This document shows positions 28,437 through 37,833 of a stretch of DNA of 55,569 nt, piece after piece. Source of the stretch: a virus. Lineage: Duplodnaviria; Caudoviricetes. The notes beneath the pieces were generated by a model. That model was not told where the DNA came from and searched no databases. It saw nothing but the letters and a program-made list of their open reading frames with translations. Both the position numbers and the translations under genes were made by a program. Every line of letters starts with the position of its first letter. Within the stretch, counting starts at the first letter, position 1. Location of the stretch: positions 1 to 55,569 of the IMG/VR virus record IMGVR_UViG_3300044644_002107. One strand, 5' to 3'.

Positions 28437-29614
28437 GTTAAATTTACATTTCCTGAAGCAAAAGTACCAAAAAACGTTGGACCTAAGTCAGTAGATATCG
28501 AACCTCCTAAAGAAGGTCCTATCTTATAGCCAAACTGAGTGCCTATGCGGTCTTCTGTAAAATCTACTACCGAATGAGGCACTCCGCTTATTTGTATTAC
28601 CATTGAAGCAAAAGAAGTGTTTGTTTTGTTCCAATTGCTCTTAAAATATAATTTATCATAAGAACCATTTGTAAATATCCCAACTTTTTGCTCATCATCA
28701 GTAGCGTCTGGTCCTGTAAGAATTTTGTCCCAAACGGAAATTAAATCTCCTGTCAAATACCATTCATTTTCGTTTTTAAAATGAGCTACAGCTATTCCGT
28801 TTAGATTTGATATTTTTTTGTATGTAGGATTTACTGTTGAATAAAGCTTAACCCCCGGAGCTTCAACAAATTCTACACTATTTGTTCCAGCATTTATGAA
28901 AGTATATTGAGAACCAGAGTTAGCATTTGGTGGCAACTCTACTGTTAAGGCATTTTCCGAGCTCAATAAAGCAATTTTATTACCGCTCAATAATTGACTA
29001 GTAGCTGTAAGATTGCTTGTAAAAAGTAAAGGGGAATTTGTCTGAATTCTAAACAATCCATTTAAGTTGTATTTGTCTTGAGAAGACATCACTCCAGCAG
29101 TGGTTGGAGTAGCTGCTGACAAAGTAACTTCTTCCCCAGTAGAAGAATATAATACTAAATTTTGCTCAACATACGTTGCTGATAGGTCTGTTGGTAGGTG
29201 AGGGTTTATGTTCGAAATTGTAAACTGGCCTGGCTCTGAACTGAGAGCAATGTGAGGTCCTGCAACCAATTCAACTTTTCGGAGAATTCCAAATGCATCT
29301 CCGATTAAAATTTGGTTTTCTGTGTAGGAGTTATATCCAGTTCCTCCAAATCCTTGTGGAATTACGCCTGTAATTTCAGCAGAAAGTTGTTTTGTGAGAG
29401 GATCATAAAACATTGCGATCTGCTCAGAATCAGATGTATTTAGAGTACTACTAGAAAGCTTATCAATTAAAGTAATAAGGTCACGAATGTATTCCTTCGT
29501 AACGAGAGCTGTCCCCCAAGCTTTTCTTGTAGTCTCTCCTCTGGCAATCAGAAGTTGATCTGTATTTTTAATTTCATCAACTTCTGGAAGATCTGTAATT
29601 CTTATACCGGCCAT
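28433..29614 (-). CDS. Fibre-like virion protein with N-terminal ITDLP domain
   Basis: MAGIRITDLPEV...TTRK, GGTG, ATPTTAGVMSSQDK and WYLTGDL. Confidence 0.7.
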   Translation of the reverse strand: MAGIRITDLPEVDEIKNTDQLLIARGETTRKAWGTALVTKEYIRDLITLIDKLSSSTLNTSDSEQIAMFYDPLTKQLSAEITGVIPQGFGGTGYNSYTENQILIGDAFGILRKVELVAGPHIALSSEPGQFTISNINPHLPTDLSATYVEQNLVLYSSTGEEVTLSAATPTTAGVMSSQDKYNLNGLFRIQTNSPLLFTSNLTATSQLLSGNKIALLSSENALTVELPPNANSGSQYTFINAGTNSVEFVEAPGVKLYSTVNPTYKKISNLNGIAVAHFKNENEWYLTGDLISVWDKILTGPDATDDEQKVGIFTNGSYDKLYFKSNWNKTNTSFASMVIQISGVPHSVVDFTEDRIGTQFGYKIGPSLGGSISTDLGPTFFGTFASGNVNLT

Positions 29615-29649
29615 ATAATACAGTAATTATCTATTAAATGGAATTTTGC

Positions 29650-29841
29650 TTATGCCTCACAAGGCATTAACAGAAAATCTCCAGTTTCTAAATATAATAC
29701 ATATTCTTCTCCCTCTTGTAGAACGAGAGGACAAATTTTTACAGCAGTTTCTATTGGGCAATTTAAATTTGGAAATGAAATACCTCTATTGCCTGTAGCA
29801 ACAAAGAGAGTAGAAGGGGCGTTTTCTATTTGACAATCCAT
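29650..29841 (-). CDS. Small protein with LxxE-x-x-x-LxLE motif
   Basis: 63 aa, TAAATA 6 nt upstream, ends LVLQEGEEYVLYLETGDFLLM. Confidence 0.65.
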   Translation of the reverse strand: MDCQIENAPSTLFVATGNRGISFPNLNCPIETAVKICPLVLQEGEEYVLYLETGDFLLMPCEA

Positions 29842-29904
29842 TATTATTATTTAAGTAAAAAACAGATAAATAAATTATCCTGCAATTAATTAAATATATA
29901 ATAT

Positions 29905-30582
29905 ATGGGCTTGAAATTTCTTACAACTGAACTGCACGAACAACTTGATTTTCTTATTGAAGAAAAAAATTCAGCCGAGCCTCAAAAGTATTACATCACC
30001 GGTCCATACATGATGGCTGAAAAAAGAAATCAAAATGGCCGAGTGTATAATTTAAACGAAATGACCAGTGAAGTGGATCGCTATTCTACTGACATGATCA
30101 AAACTCGCAGAGCAATTGGAGAAATGAATCATCCCCAATCTACTGAAGTAAATCCAGTAAATGCTTGTCACTTAGTTACTGAATTAAGACAAAACGGGAA
30201 TTATTTTATTGGCAAGTCCCTTATTCTGGATACTCCAATGGGACAATTGCTCAAAAGTCTTGTTAAAGATAAGATTCAGATGGGAATTTCAACCCGAGGT
30301 CTTGGTAACCTCGCAGAATCGACTGAGGGTAAACGCGTTTCTAACTTCCATTTAATTTGTTTGGACGTAGTTCATCAGCCTTCAGTTCAAAATGCCATGT
30401 TGGAATCCATATTAGAGTCTAAGGAGTGGATTATGGGAACAGATGGCAGAATTTTAGAAGTTTCAGAAGCTGCATACGGCAATCTCTACCATAGCCTAGC
30501 TCGTCTTCCTAAAAAAGACGCAAACGTTTTCCTTAAAGAGCAATTAACTATTTTTATTAATTCTCTCAAAGCAGCTAAATAA
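29905..30582 (+). CDS. gp21: Prohead core protease (T4 gp21-like)
   Basis: NQNGRVY, AIGEMNHP, ILDTPMG, GISTRGLG and DVVHQPS. Confidence 0.96.
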   Translation: MGLKFLTTELHEQLDFLIEEKNSAEPQKYYITGPYMMAEKRNQNGRVYNLNEMTSEVDRYSTDMIKTRRAIGEMNHPQSTEVNPVNACHLVTELRQNGNYFIGKSLILDTPMGQLLKSLVKDKIQMGISTRGLGNLAESTEGKRVSNFHLICLDVVHQPSVQNAMLESILESKEWIMGTDGRILEVSEAAYGNLYHSLARLPKKDANVFLKEQLTIFINSLKAAK

Positions 30583-30591
30583 CATTAATAT

Positions 30592-30732
30592 ATGAAAAAC
30601 ACAAAACCTGTAAAAGAATTTATTTCAAATATTGCAGAGAAAAACTACAGCCAAGCAAACGCTTCTCTTCAACGAATGATTGAAACCAAACTTAAAGAGC
30701 GAGTCCAGCGAGCGCTTGCTGTAAAAAAATAA
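30592..30732 (+). CDS. 46-aa putative prohead core protein, gp67-like (missing from the ORF track)
   Basis: Translates to MKNTKPVKEFISNIAEKNYSQANASLQRMIETKLKERVQRALAVKK; lies between protease and scaffold with TAAATA upstream. Confidence 0.65.
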   Translation: MKNTKPVKEFISNIAEKNYSQANASLQRMIETKLKERVQRALAVKK

Positions 30733-30760
30733 TTCAATTTAGATAAGTAAAAACAAGACC

Positions 30761-31726
30761 ATGATTAAGAATATTCTTAACGAACAATTTAAGGATCTAA
30801 TTTCAGAGGAAACTTTGAACGAATTAGAAAACACATTTCAACTTGCTGTTGAAGAAAAGGCTTCTGAAAAAATTAAGCTTGAAAAGGAAAATGTAACACA
30901 ACAGTTAGATGAGTCCTATACACAAAAACTTCAAACAGTAATTGAAAAAATTGATCAAGATCATACAACAAAGCTTAAAAAGCTTGTTGAAGCAATCGAT
31001 ACTGATCATGCTGTCAAGCTTCAAAAGCTTGTTAAAGGAATTGATAAAAAGTATACATCAATGCTTAATCAAGTTATCGAAAAGCATGAAAAAGAAAATG
31101 TCGAAGAAGCTAAAAATTTCCAAGGCCGCTTAGTAGAAGAGATTTCAAATTATCTTGATTTGTATATCGACAAAGCTCTTCCTAAAAAGCAAATTTCAGA
31201 AGCAGTCGAAAACATTCGTGCTGTTAGACAATTAGAGCAAATTCGTCAAATCGTAGGAATTTCAGAAGAATTCGTTGACGGAGAAATTAAAGAAGCTTTA
31301 GTTGATGGCAAAAAGACAATTGACTCACTTCGTTCTGAACTAAATTCAGTTTTAAAAGAAAACGCCAACTTAGCTCTCAGAACAAACAAAGCTGAAGCTC
31401 ACATTCTTCTCGAAAAGAAGACAACGGAGCTCCCAACAGCTAAAAAAGCTTTCATTGTCAAATTGCTTGGAAACAAAAATCCAGGTTACATCGAAGAAAA
31501 TTTTGATTATGTAGTAAGTATGTTTGAAAAAGAATCTCAAGACGAGGTCGAACTCATCAAAGAGTCTGTTCATTCAGAAACCACTAAGACAATCAATGTT
31601 GATCGTCCTACATTAATCGAAGAAACACAAAATTTTAACAATGAGATTGAGCGCAACAGTTCTTCAAGTGAAGGTGTTAGCGGCTATCTGAACGAGATGA
31701 AGAAACTTAACAGATTTGCTAGGTAA
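30761..31726 (+). CDS. gp22: Prohead scaffold protein (T4 gp22-like)
   Basis: Coiled-coil, LVEEISNYLDL, C-terminal VSGYLNEM; directly upstream of the capsid gene. Confidence 0.85.
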   Translation: MIKNILNEQFKDLISEETLNELENTFQLAVEEKASEKIKLEKENVTQQLDESYTQKLQTVIEKIDQDHTTKLKKLVEAIDTDHAVKLQKLVKGIDKKYTSMLNQVIEKHEKENVEEAKNFQGRLVEEISNYLDLYIDKALPKKQISEAVENIRAVRQLEQIRQIVGISEEFVDGEIKEALVDGKKTIDSLRSELNSVLKENANLALRTNKAEAHILLEKKTTELPTAKKAFIVKLLGNKNPGYIEENFDYVVSMFEKESQDEVELIKESVHSETTKTINVDRPTLIEETQNFNNEIERNSSSSEGVSGYLNEMKKLNRFAR

Positions 31727-31743
31727 TTCACTCACAATAAACA

Positions 31744-31750
31744 AAGGAGA
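31744..31750 (+). promoter_or_regulatory. Shine-Dalgarno-like site of the major capsid gene
   Basis: AAGGAGA 11 nt before the ATG; the only clear SD noticed in the window. Confidence 0.55.
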
Positions 31751-31761
31751 CAAAAAAAATT

Positions 31762-33216
31762 ATGGCTAACTTAATGCATATTAATAAAGATTACGCTCAG
31801 ACACTTGTCGAAAAATGGAGTCCAGTATTGGATTTCAAATCAGACAAAGTTGCTGAGATCACTAACGAAACAACACGTTTAAACACTGCTATTCTCTTGG
31901 AAAACCAAGAAAAGTGGTGCTTACGTGAAAACTCCAACACAGCTGCTGCTGGTGGTGTTTTTGGTAGTAGCCTTCAAGGTACTGCTGGAACATTTTCTGG
32001 TGACAACTACGCTGGAGGAGACGCTCGTTTACCTAAAGTCCTCATCCCAATGATTCGTCGTACATTCCCTGAACTCATCACAAATGAGATCGTCGGTGTG
32101 CAACCAATGACTGGACCAGTTGGACTCGCCTTTGCCATGCGCTACAAGTACGAAGACAACGCTCTTGGTTCTTCAGTAAATGGTGGAGACGGCAGCTTAG
32201 GAACAAGCCCAATTGGAACTGGCGGTAATACTGCTATTTCCAGTAATAAGGAACTTGGTTATAACTACCTCAACACATCCTTCACAGGTGCCTCATCATC
32301 AGCCCTTAGTGGCAATGCTGAATGGGATAACATCGCTGAAGATGCTGGTGTTGGCGCTCTTATCAGCCAATTCGAGCTCAGCTCGAAGATTCCTCAAATC
32401 ACTGTTTCGTTCGAAAAAACAGCCGTTGAAGCTCTAACCCGTAGGTTAGCAGCCAGATGGTCTGTTGAGCTCGAACAGGATCTTAAAAATATGAACGGTA
32501 TCGATATCGACACCGAGCTTACCAACGCTATGTCTTATGAGATTCAGGCTGAAATCGACCGCGAAATGATCGCTCGTATGATTCAAGTCTGTCTCAATGC
32601 TGGCGCTGGTGTTGGTTATTCCACATGGTCTGCTATCTCTGCTGATGGACGCTGGTCTGGAGAGCGTGCACGTGACTTCTACAACAGAATCGTTGTTGAA
32701 GCTAACCGTGTCGCTATTCGCAACCGCCGTGGTGCTGCTAATTTCATTATTGCTACACCTCGCATTTGCGCAATCCTCGAGACATTGCCAAACTTCACAT
32801 GGATGCCAGTCAACGGAAACGTCAACACTCAACCTGTTGGTATTGCTAAGGTCGGTTCGGTCGGTGGTCGTTTCCAAATCTATCGTGACACTCGTACAGA
32901 AGCTCAGCTTAACGCTGGATATACTGCTACCAATAAAGGTGGCGGCTATGGCACAACTCGTACGAAGCCCGTTGATTATGCCCTTCTTGGATATAAAGGC
33001 ACAGAATACTACGACAGTGGTATCGTCTATTGCCCATACATCCCTGTAATGGTTCAACGCACGATCGGTCCAAACGACTTCAGCCCACGTGTCGGATTGC
33101 TCACTCGTTATGGTGTTGTTGATCACATTTTTGGTGCATCACTCTACTATCACTTGGTCATCTGCACAGGCCTCGGACAATCGTTCGTTCCTGGTCAAGC
33201 AGCAACATATCTCTAA
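31762..33216 (+). CDS. gp23: Major capsid protein (T4 gp23-like)
   Basis: LVEKWSPVL, AILLENQE, VGVQPMTGPVGLAFAMR, WSVELEQDL, EIQAEIDRE, YCPYIP and TRYG. Confidence 0.99.
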   Translation: MANLMHINKDYAQTLVEKWSPVLDFKSDKVAEITNETTRLNTAILLENQEKWCLRENSNTAAAGGVFGSSLQGTAGTFSGDNYAGGDARLPKVLIPMIRRTFPELITNEIVGVQPMTGPVGLAFAMRYKYEDNALGSSVNGGDGSLGTSPIGTGGNTAISSNKELGYNYLNTSFTGASSSALSGNAEWDNIAEDAGVGALISQFELSSKIPQITVSFEKTAVEALTRRLAARWSVELEQDLKNMNGIDIDTELTNAMSYEIQAEIDREMIARMIQVCLNAGAGVGYSTWSAISADGRWSGERARDFYNRIVVEANRVAIRNRRGAANFIIATPRICAILETLPNFTWMPVNGNVNTQPVGIAKVGSVGGRFQIYRDTRTEAQLNAGYTATNKGGGYGTTRTKPVDYALLGYKGTEYYDSGIVYCPYIPVMVQRTIGPNDFSPRVGLLTRYGVVDHIFGASLYYHLVICTGLGQSFVPGQAATYL

Positions 33217-33246
33217 GAGATATTTGCTTCTCGTACAGCAAACTTC

Positions 33247-33280
33247 AGAAACCCGGTCGCAAGGCCGGGTTTCTTTTTTT
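33247..33280 (+). terminator. Rho-independent terminator after the capsid gene
   Basis: agaaacccggtc-gcaa-ggccgggtttct followed by a T run. Confidence 0.93.
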
Positions 33281-33321
33281 ACTCAGTTGATGTTTTTTAA
33301 TACTCAGTAAAATATCGTATT

Positions 33322-33471
33322 ATGAGTAACAACAACCAAGCAGGAAAGGGAGATAAACCTCGTCCAGTTAAGAAAAAAGTATATGATACAAATTACGAGG
33401 ACATTAATTGGAAGCAAAACGCCAACCCTAACAGCGTTACTAAAAAGGGAAGAACTACCTACAAGTATTAG
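33322..33471 (+). CDS. 49-aa GKGDKPRP-type small phage protein (missing from the ORF track)
   Basis: Translates to MSNNNQAGKGDKPRPVKKKVYDTNYEDINWKQNANPNSVTKKGRTTYKY; TTGATG and TAAAAT upstream. Confidence 0.7.
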   Translation: MSNNNQAGKGDKPRPVKKKVYDTNYEDINWKQNANPNSVTKKGRTTYKY

Positions 33472-33833
33472 TTTTTAACTGATATCTCTAAAATTTTGTT
33501 AAAGTATGAAGAAGATACTTTGTGAGATATAATTGGAAGAGAAGATGAATTCAAAGCTACGGTTCTATAATCAAAGTAAGCTATGCCTTCGTCTTCATGT
33601 TCTTCTACATTGAACGGAAAAGGTATTTCAAAATTTTCTTTTTCTTTCTTAGAATTAAAAAGAGTTATTTGAATAAAAAAATGGGTCCGTCTAAATAATA
33701 ACAATCTACCTTGTTTGATTGGTTTATTGCTTAAATAAAACGACATTTCTTTTTGCAAACAAGAAAGGAGAAACTCTTCTCCAGGCATTTTGATAAAAGT
33801 AATATCATCAAGACTGTAAATTGAATCTGTCAT
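33468..33833 (-). CDS. Hypothetical protein
   Basis: 121 aa, coupled by ATGA overlap. Confidence 0.7.
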   Translation of the reverse strand: MTDSIYSLDDITFIKMPGEEFLLSCLQKEMSFYLSNKPIKQGRLLLFRRTHFFIQITLFNSKKEKENFEIPFPFNVEEHEDEGIAYFDYRTVALNSSSLPIISHKVSSSYFNKILEISVKN

Positions 33834-34216
33834 GTGTCCATGAATTGAGCTTTTTGAGTAGCCGACATATTGGATAGACGCTCAAAAAAGTATTTCCAAA
33901 ATTCAGCAGGATCTGGAGAAGTTTTAATAACAGCAATGACTTCTACGTCATCGCAATTAATCATTCTCCAATTCTGCATAAAGATATCCCACGTTACTAC
34001 TAAGTTTTTTGCTGCAGGATCGTATCTAAGAGAGCCGTTGGGGGGAACAAAGTGTAATATTTTTTTTCCAGGAGTTGATTGTAATAATCTTCTATCGTTG
34101 GTGCACAACATTCGTCTATAATCTTTAAATCCTGGTTTTGAACTGCGTCTGTGGAATCGAAGTTCTGCTGCATTCAAATGCAGTAAAGTCCATAATGCTG
34201 TGCGGCCTAATCTCAT
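33830..34216 (-). CDS. Second WYL_2/Sm-like protein
   Basis: ELRFHRR...RRMLCT...VTWDIFMQNWRMIN parallels the 15958 ORF. Confidence 0.6.
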   Translation of the reverse strand: MRLGRTALWTLLHLNAAELRFHRRSSKPGFKDYRRMLCTNDRRLLQSTPGKKILHFVPPNGSLRYDPAAKNLVVTWDIFMQNWRMINCDDVEVIAVIKTSPDPAEFWKYFFERLSNMSATQKAQFMDT

Positions 34217-34593
34217 TAAACTTCTGAATTTGGCTTACAAATGCCGAAAATTCTTTCTTCATTCAAGAAGACGTTCGTCTTTCCGTTTCTTTGAATACCA
34301 ACGATGCCCTTATCTCCCGGAAAGATAACATAGTGCCCTTGTTTTACTTGTTTGGTATTTGGTCCTGTGAGAACCACTCTTCCTACCCTCCAAGCCTTGT
34401 TGTCCACAACAGAGTGAGGCAACACAATGCCGTTTCTGACAAGCGAATTTCCATCAGATGCTACGTCTGCGTATTCAACTTGAATAACATCTCCTAAAAG
34501 CTCCGTAATTTCAAAATCTTCTGGAAGAGGGCAATTGTGATAAGGGTCGATGTCTGCTAGTCCATTGTTGTTACGTGGTAGTTCAGGTCGCAT
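34216..34593 (-). CDS. groES: GroES/Cpn10-like co-chaperonin (functional analogue of T4 gp31)
   Basis: LGDVIQV, NGIVLP, GRVVLTGP...VKQGHYVIFP and FLNEERIFGI. ATG at 34593 preferred. Confidence 0.85.
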   Translation of the reverse strand: MRPELPRNNNGLADIDPYHNCPLPEDFEITELLGDVIQVEYADVASDGNSLVRNGIVLPHSVVDNKAWRVGRVVLTGPNTKQVKQGHYVIFPGDKGIVGIQRNGKTNVFLNEERIFGICKPNSEV

Positions 34594-34643
34594 ATGAGGT
34601 TTACTTACTTGGAAAAAAGTGGTTGTCAACAATAAGTAAGCTT

Positions 34644-35102
34644 ATGATATTTAAAGACCAGGAATTATTGTCAGAAGCCTATAACAAAGTAGCTAAAAAC
34701 AAATGCACGTGTGGTAAAAACTGCACATGCAGAAAAGAAGCTAAAAAACCTGTAAAGGAAGCTAAGCACGAAAAGCCTGATTACTTAGATGCAGATGAAG
34801 ATGGAGACGAAGAAGAGTCTTTAAAACAAGCTCTCAAAGATAAAGAAGCAAAGACTGAAAGTTTGTCTCTTTTCAAGTCTCTTTATAAGACAACAATTAA
34901 AGAAGAGAGTCCTTACTCCAACACTTTTGAGACTGACAAAAAAATTTGGACTTTAAGACGCCAAATTCACCCAGAAGCTCAATACTTTGTTCACTACAAA
35001 GATGGCAGAAAGTCTAAGCCACTAAAGGGAGAATCAGTGTTAATGACACTCAAAGCTGATGTGCATGACATTGAGTCAGTTGAGTCCGTTCACGAGGAGT
35101 AA
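34644..35102 (+). CDS. Probable internal head protein with EF-hand-like DxDxDG motif
   Basis: TAAGTA 5 nt before ATG 34644, LLSEAY, CTCGKNCTC and KPDYLDADEDGDEEESLKQA. Confidence 0.65.
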   Translation: MIFKDQELLSEAYNKVAKNKCTCGKNCTCRKEAKKPVKEAKHEKPDYLDADEDGDEEESLKQALKDKEAKTESLSLFKSLYKTTIKEESPYSNTFETDKKIWTLRRQIHPEAQYFVHYKDGRKSKPLKGESVLMTLKADVHDIESVESVHEE

Positions 35103-35432
35103 AGCTTCTCGTTCGGAGATTTCTAATCCCTGAGCAAGAACTTTTATTCTTTTGTCTTCTTCTTCAACGGTATCCTTAACTTTTTTGATATAGTTAATTC
35201 TTGGACTATGGTTCATTCTCGGAAACATTGTTATCATTGTTTTATAATGGATTTGCTTGTCCTCTAACAATGTTTTGTTGTTCAAACCATTAATCGCTTC
35301 TCCTATTGTTGGATTAATAAAGCTTAACCAACGATTAACTAAAAAAGGAACGTAACCATCTAATACAAGATCTCCTTTTTTAGTTACTATTATATCTTTA
35401 AGGTAATCAAAAATTGTCACGTCTTGTCTCAA
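35076..35432 (-). CDS. gp62: Clamp loader small subunit (T4 gp62-like)
   Basis: IFDYLKDI, YVPFLVNRWLS, HY...PR...YIKK and LAQGLEISEREA. Confidence 0.8.
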   Translation of the reverse strand: MRQDVTIFDYLKDIIVTKKGDLVLDGYVPFLVNRWLSFINPTIGEAINGLNNKTLLEDKQIHYKTMITMFPRMNHSPRINYIKKVKDTVEEEDKRIKVLAQGLEISEREALLLVNGLN

Positions 35433-35946
35433 TAAAAATGCTTCTGGTCAATTGACGGAATGACTCCACAATACTGATTTCAAGGTCTAGCATTTTTTGA
35501 ATATCTAAGCTCAACAAATAAAAAGCATTGTCAGTATTTCCTTCCTCTAAGGGAAAAATTAAATGTAAGATAATTGAATCTTTAACTTGATTAATCATTG
35601 ACAAAGAAGCTTGTTTGTCATCAATAAAAATGCAGCTCTCGTCAACAATGCATTCTTTGCTTGTCATGGCTGTTAGCATTGATCCTATTTGAGCTGCATA
35701 CAAACGAGCAAAACATGCTCCTCCAAATACTTCTGTGTTAGGCAATTCTGCAACTACAACAAGAGCGTTCTTAAACGCCAATGGTCCAATTTTTGTTGGA
35801 GCATTAAACAGGACAACGTCTCCTAACGAAGAAACTGAATTGTGAAAAAGCTTGTATGCAAAGCGCTGTTGAGCTAAACAACAATCATACAATCCATCTT
35901 CTGTCAATAAATTAGTCTTTTGTATATGGTCTGGTGCTAATCTCAT
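35407..35946 (-). CDS. DUF366-like protein (degenerate)
   Basis: YD...QRFAYKLF...GDVVLFNAP and C-terminal IFIETR. Confidence 0.55.
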   Translation of the reverse strand: MRLAPDHIQKTNLLTEDGLYDCCLAQQRFAYKLFHNSVSSLGDVVLFNAPTKIGPLAFKNALVVVAELPNTEVFGGACFARLYAAQIGSMLTAMTSKECIVDESCIFIDDKQASLSMINQVKDSIILHLIFPLEEGNTDNAFYLLSLDIQKMLDLEISIVESFRQLTRSIFIETRRDNF

Positions 35947-36614
35947 AAATATGTTTGTTTAAATTTTAAATTTGCCTCTTCCCATTGAGATGTCAACATT
36001 GAATCTCCAATTCCATAATGAATTACTCGGACAGGAAGCACTCCGCAAGTTACTTTTTTGTCATTTGCTCTCAAACAAAAGGCAATGTCGTAAAAATGAA
36101 AGTTAAAATTTTCATCAAAGTAAAGTTCTTTTTCTACTAAATCTTTTACTTTGCAAGAAATAAACAAACCATCAATGACAAGAGCTCTTGAATTTGTTGG
36201 ACCAAATATAGTGGTCCATATTTTGTTTTGATGAAAATGAGACACTTCTCCAACGTAGTTAGAGGCCTCTGCAGCAAGGTGCCAGGCAAGTTTGTTAGCG
36301 TGTTTATTAAACGTTTTAGCGCCAGCAAGGCCTGTAATCGAATATCGACTATTGATTAGTTTTTCGTATAAAAAGAGATCTTCCAATACAACATCGTCAT
36401 GCACAAACAAAACTACTTTGTCAATGTTTTCTGGGTCCTTCAAAACTTCGTTATAGCACTCCGATAACCCTTTTTGATTATCTTTAAAAACATGAAAGCT
36501 TATATTTGAATTTGTGTCATATTGCTTTTTCAAACTCTCGTATATTGGCTTTTGACTAAATTCATCGTTAGTCTTTGCTTGAGTGCAAACTACAATAAGC
36601 AGCTTGGTGTTCAT
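35943..36614 (-). CDS. GT2-like glycosyltransferase (Glyco_tranf_2_5 type)
   Basis: GLSECYN, LFVHDDV, GLAG, IDGLFI and FDENFNFHFYDIAFC. Confidence 0.85.
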   Translation of the reverse strand: MNTKLLIVVCTQAKTNDEFSQKPIYESLKKQYDTNSNISFHVFKDNQKGLSECYNEVLKDPENIDKVVLFVHDDVVLEDLFLYEKLINSRYSITGLAGAKTFNKHANKLAWHLAAEASNYVGEVSHFHQNKIWTTIFGPTNSRALVIDGLFISCKVKDLVEKELYFDENFNFHFYDIAFCLRANDKKVTCGVLPVRVIHYGIGDSMLTSQWEEANLKFKQTYL

Positions 36615-37402
36615 ATATTTTTATATTTCTGCTTTAGGTATTGAATATTTGTTTTTGCAAGTTGCTGTTGCTCTTTTGTAAGAGTTACATCAAAATATTC
36701 ATTAGTGGTTGGAATCCTAGTTGTATTTCCACTTTCGAAAAGAATGTTGTTAATTGCAGCAAGAACAGTATAACAGCTATCCGAACTACGAATAAAAGGA
36801 AGTTTATGTTTTAAATAATATTCAAACTCATCGTGTTCCCCCATTCCTAATAGATGTAGTGGTTTTGTAAGTAAACCATTCTCATAAAGTTCCTTTACAC
36901 ATTCGTTACGAGACACTGCTATCATTTTATCATCCGTGGCATCATTCCAACACTTTGGAACGGCTATTTTGCTTAATCCTATAGTCTTTACGAACGGATT
37001 GAGACACATTTGCATGTAACACTCTATCCATTCTTTCTTTGTAGAACCTTGAGGACAAGCAAATATATTTGTCTTGTCTAGCAAATGCCTTTTAAACATT
37101 TCTTGAATAAAGTTGTCGAGATTTTTAAGTGTTTGCTTTTGATTAAAAAGGACATCTGGAGCAATGACTTCTGTAGGTTGCAACTCTTCTGTTGCTTCCA
37201 AAAGCATTTCTTGAGTAACCAAACTATGTTCGGCTGCTCCGTTATCAAGCAAAATAAAAGCGTCTGGTTTCTTTTTCCTTAAATCCAAAAAATACCTTCT
37301 GTACTGTTTGTTTTGTACATAATGATGGCACAACGCAAAGTACCAATCTCCGTTATCCATCATATCTAAATGGCTGTTTGGTGGTATGCAGAAAAATTTC
37401 AT
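36611..37402 (-). CDS. TGT-fold (tRNA/DNA-guanine transglycosylase-like) protein
   Basis: ILLDNGAAE, IAPDVL, PQG, IGLS, HLLG and RSSDS appear in TGT order. No C-terminal zinc motif. Confidence 0.65.
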   Translation of the reverse strand: MKFFCIPPNSHLDMMDNGDWYFALCHHYVQNKQYRRYFLDLRKKKPDAFILLDNGAAEHSLVTQEMLLEATEELQPTEVIAPDVLFNQKQTLKNLDNFIQEMFKRHLLDKTNIFACPQGSTKKEWIECYMQMCLNPFVKTIGLSKIAVPKCWNDATDDKMIAVSRNECVKELYENGLLTKPLHLLGMGEHDEFEYYLKHKLPFIRSSDSCYTVLAAINNILFESGNTTRIPTTNEYFDVTLTKEQQQLAKTNIQYLKQKYKNI

Positions 37403-37833
37403 TGCTTTAAAATATATTTTTTAACTCCCAAAATACCTAAATTAATATCTCCTTGTTCTGCTTCTTTAAAAGGAACAGCATCTCCTTGTCGAGCTCTTTG
37501 TTTGTAACGCTTTTTGCGTTCTTTCTTCGGACATTCAATCCAAAGCAAAGTTGCTTCAGGAAAATGTTCTAGTATTTCCTTTTGCCTAACTCCACAAATT
37601 ACATAGTTGTTGGTGATATCTAGCTCATCTCTAAGATGTATTTTGTATTTTAGCTGTTTAACGATTGTTTCATGAAGTTCTTTTGAATTCTGAAGCTCTC
37701 TGCGCTCTGAAGTATTTTTAATTTCTCTTACAATATCTCCAACTTCAATAAACAAACCTGCCACTGACCCAGCCATGGCTTTAGCATACCGAGTTTTTCC
37801 AGAACAAAGCTGACCACAGACAAACGTAATCAT
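37399..37833 (-). CDS. P-loop nucleoside/nucleotide kinase
   Basis: VCGQLCSGKT, VGDIVRE, ICGVRQ and lid-like RKKRYKQR. Confidence 0.8.
   Translation of the reverse strand: MITFVCGQLCSGKTRYAKAMAGSVAGLFIEVGDIVREIKNTSERRELQNSKELHETIVKQLKYKIHLRDELDITNNYVICGVRQKEILEHFPEATLLWIECPKKERKKRYKQRARQGDAVPFKEAEQGDINLGILGVKKYILKQ

Noticed and set aside
32446-33126. 226-aa antisense ORF, plus other alternate-frame ORFs inside the capsid gene
   Set aside because: These are explained by the strong codon bias of gp23. They show no motifs or expression signals.
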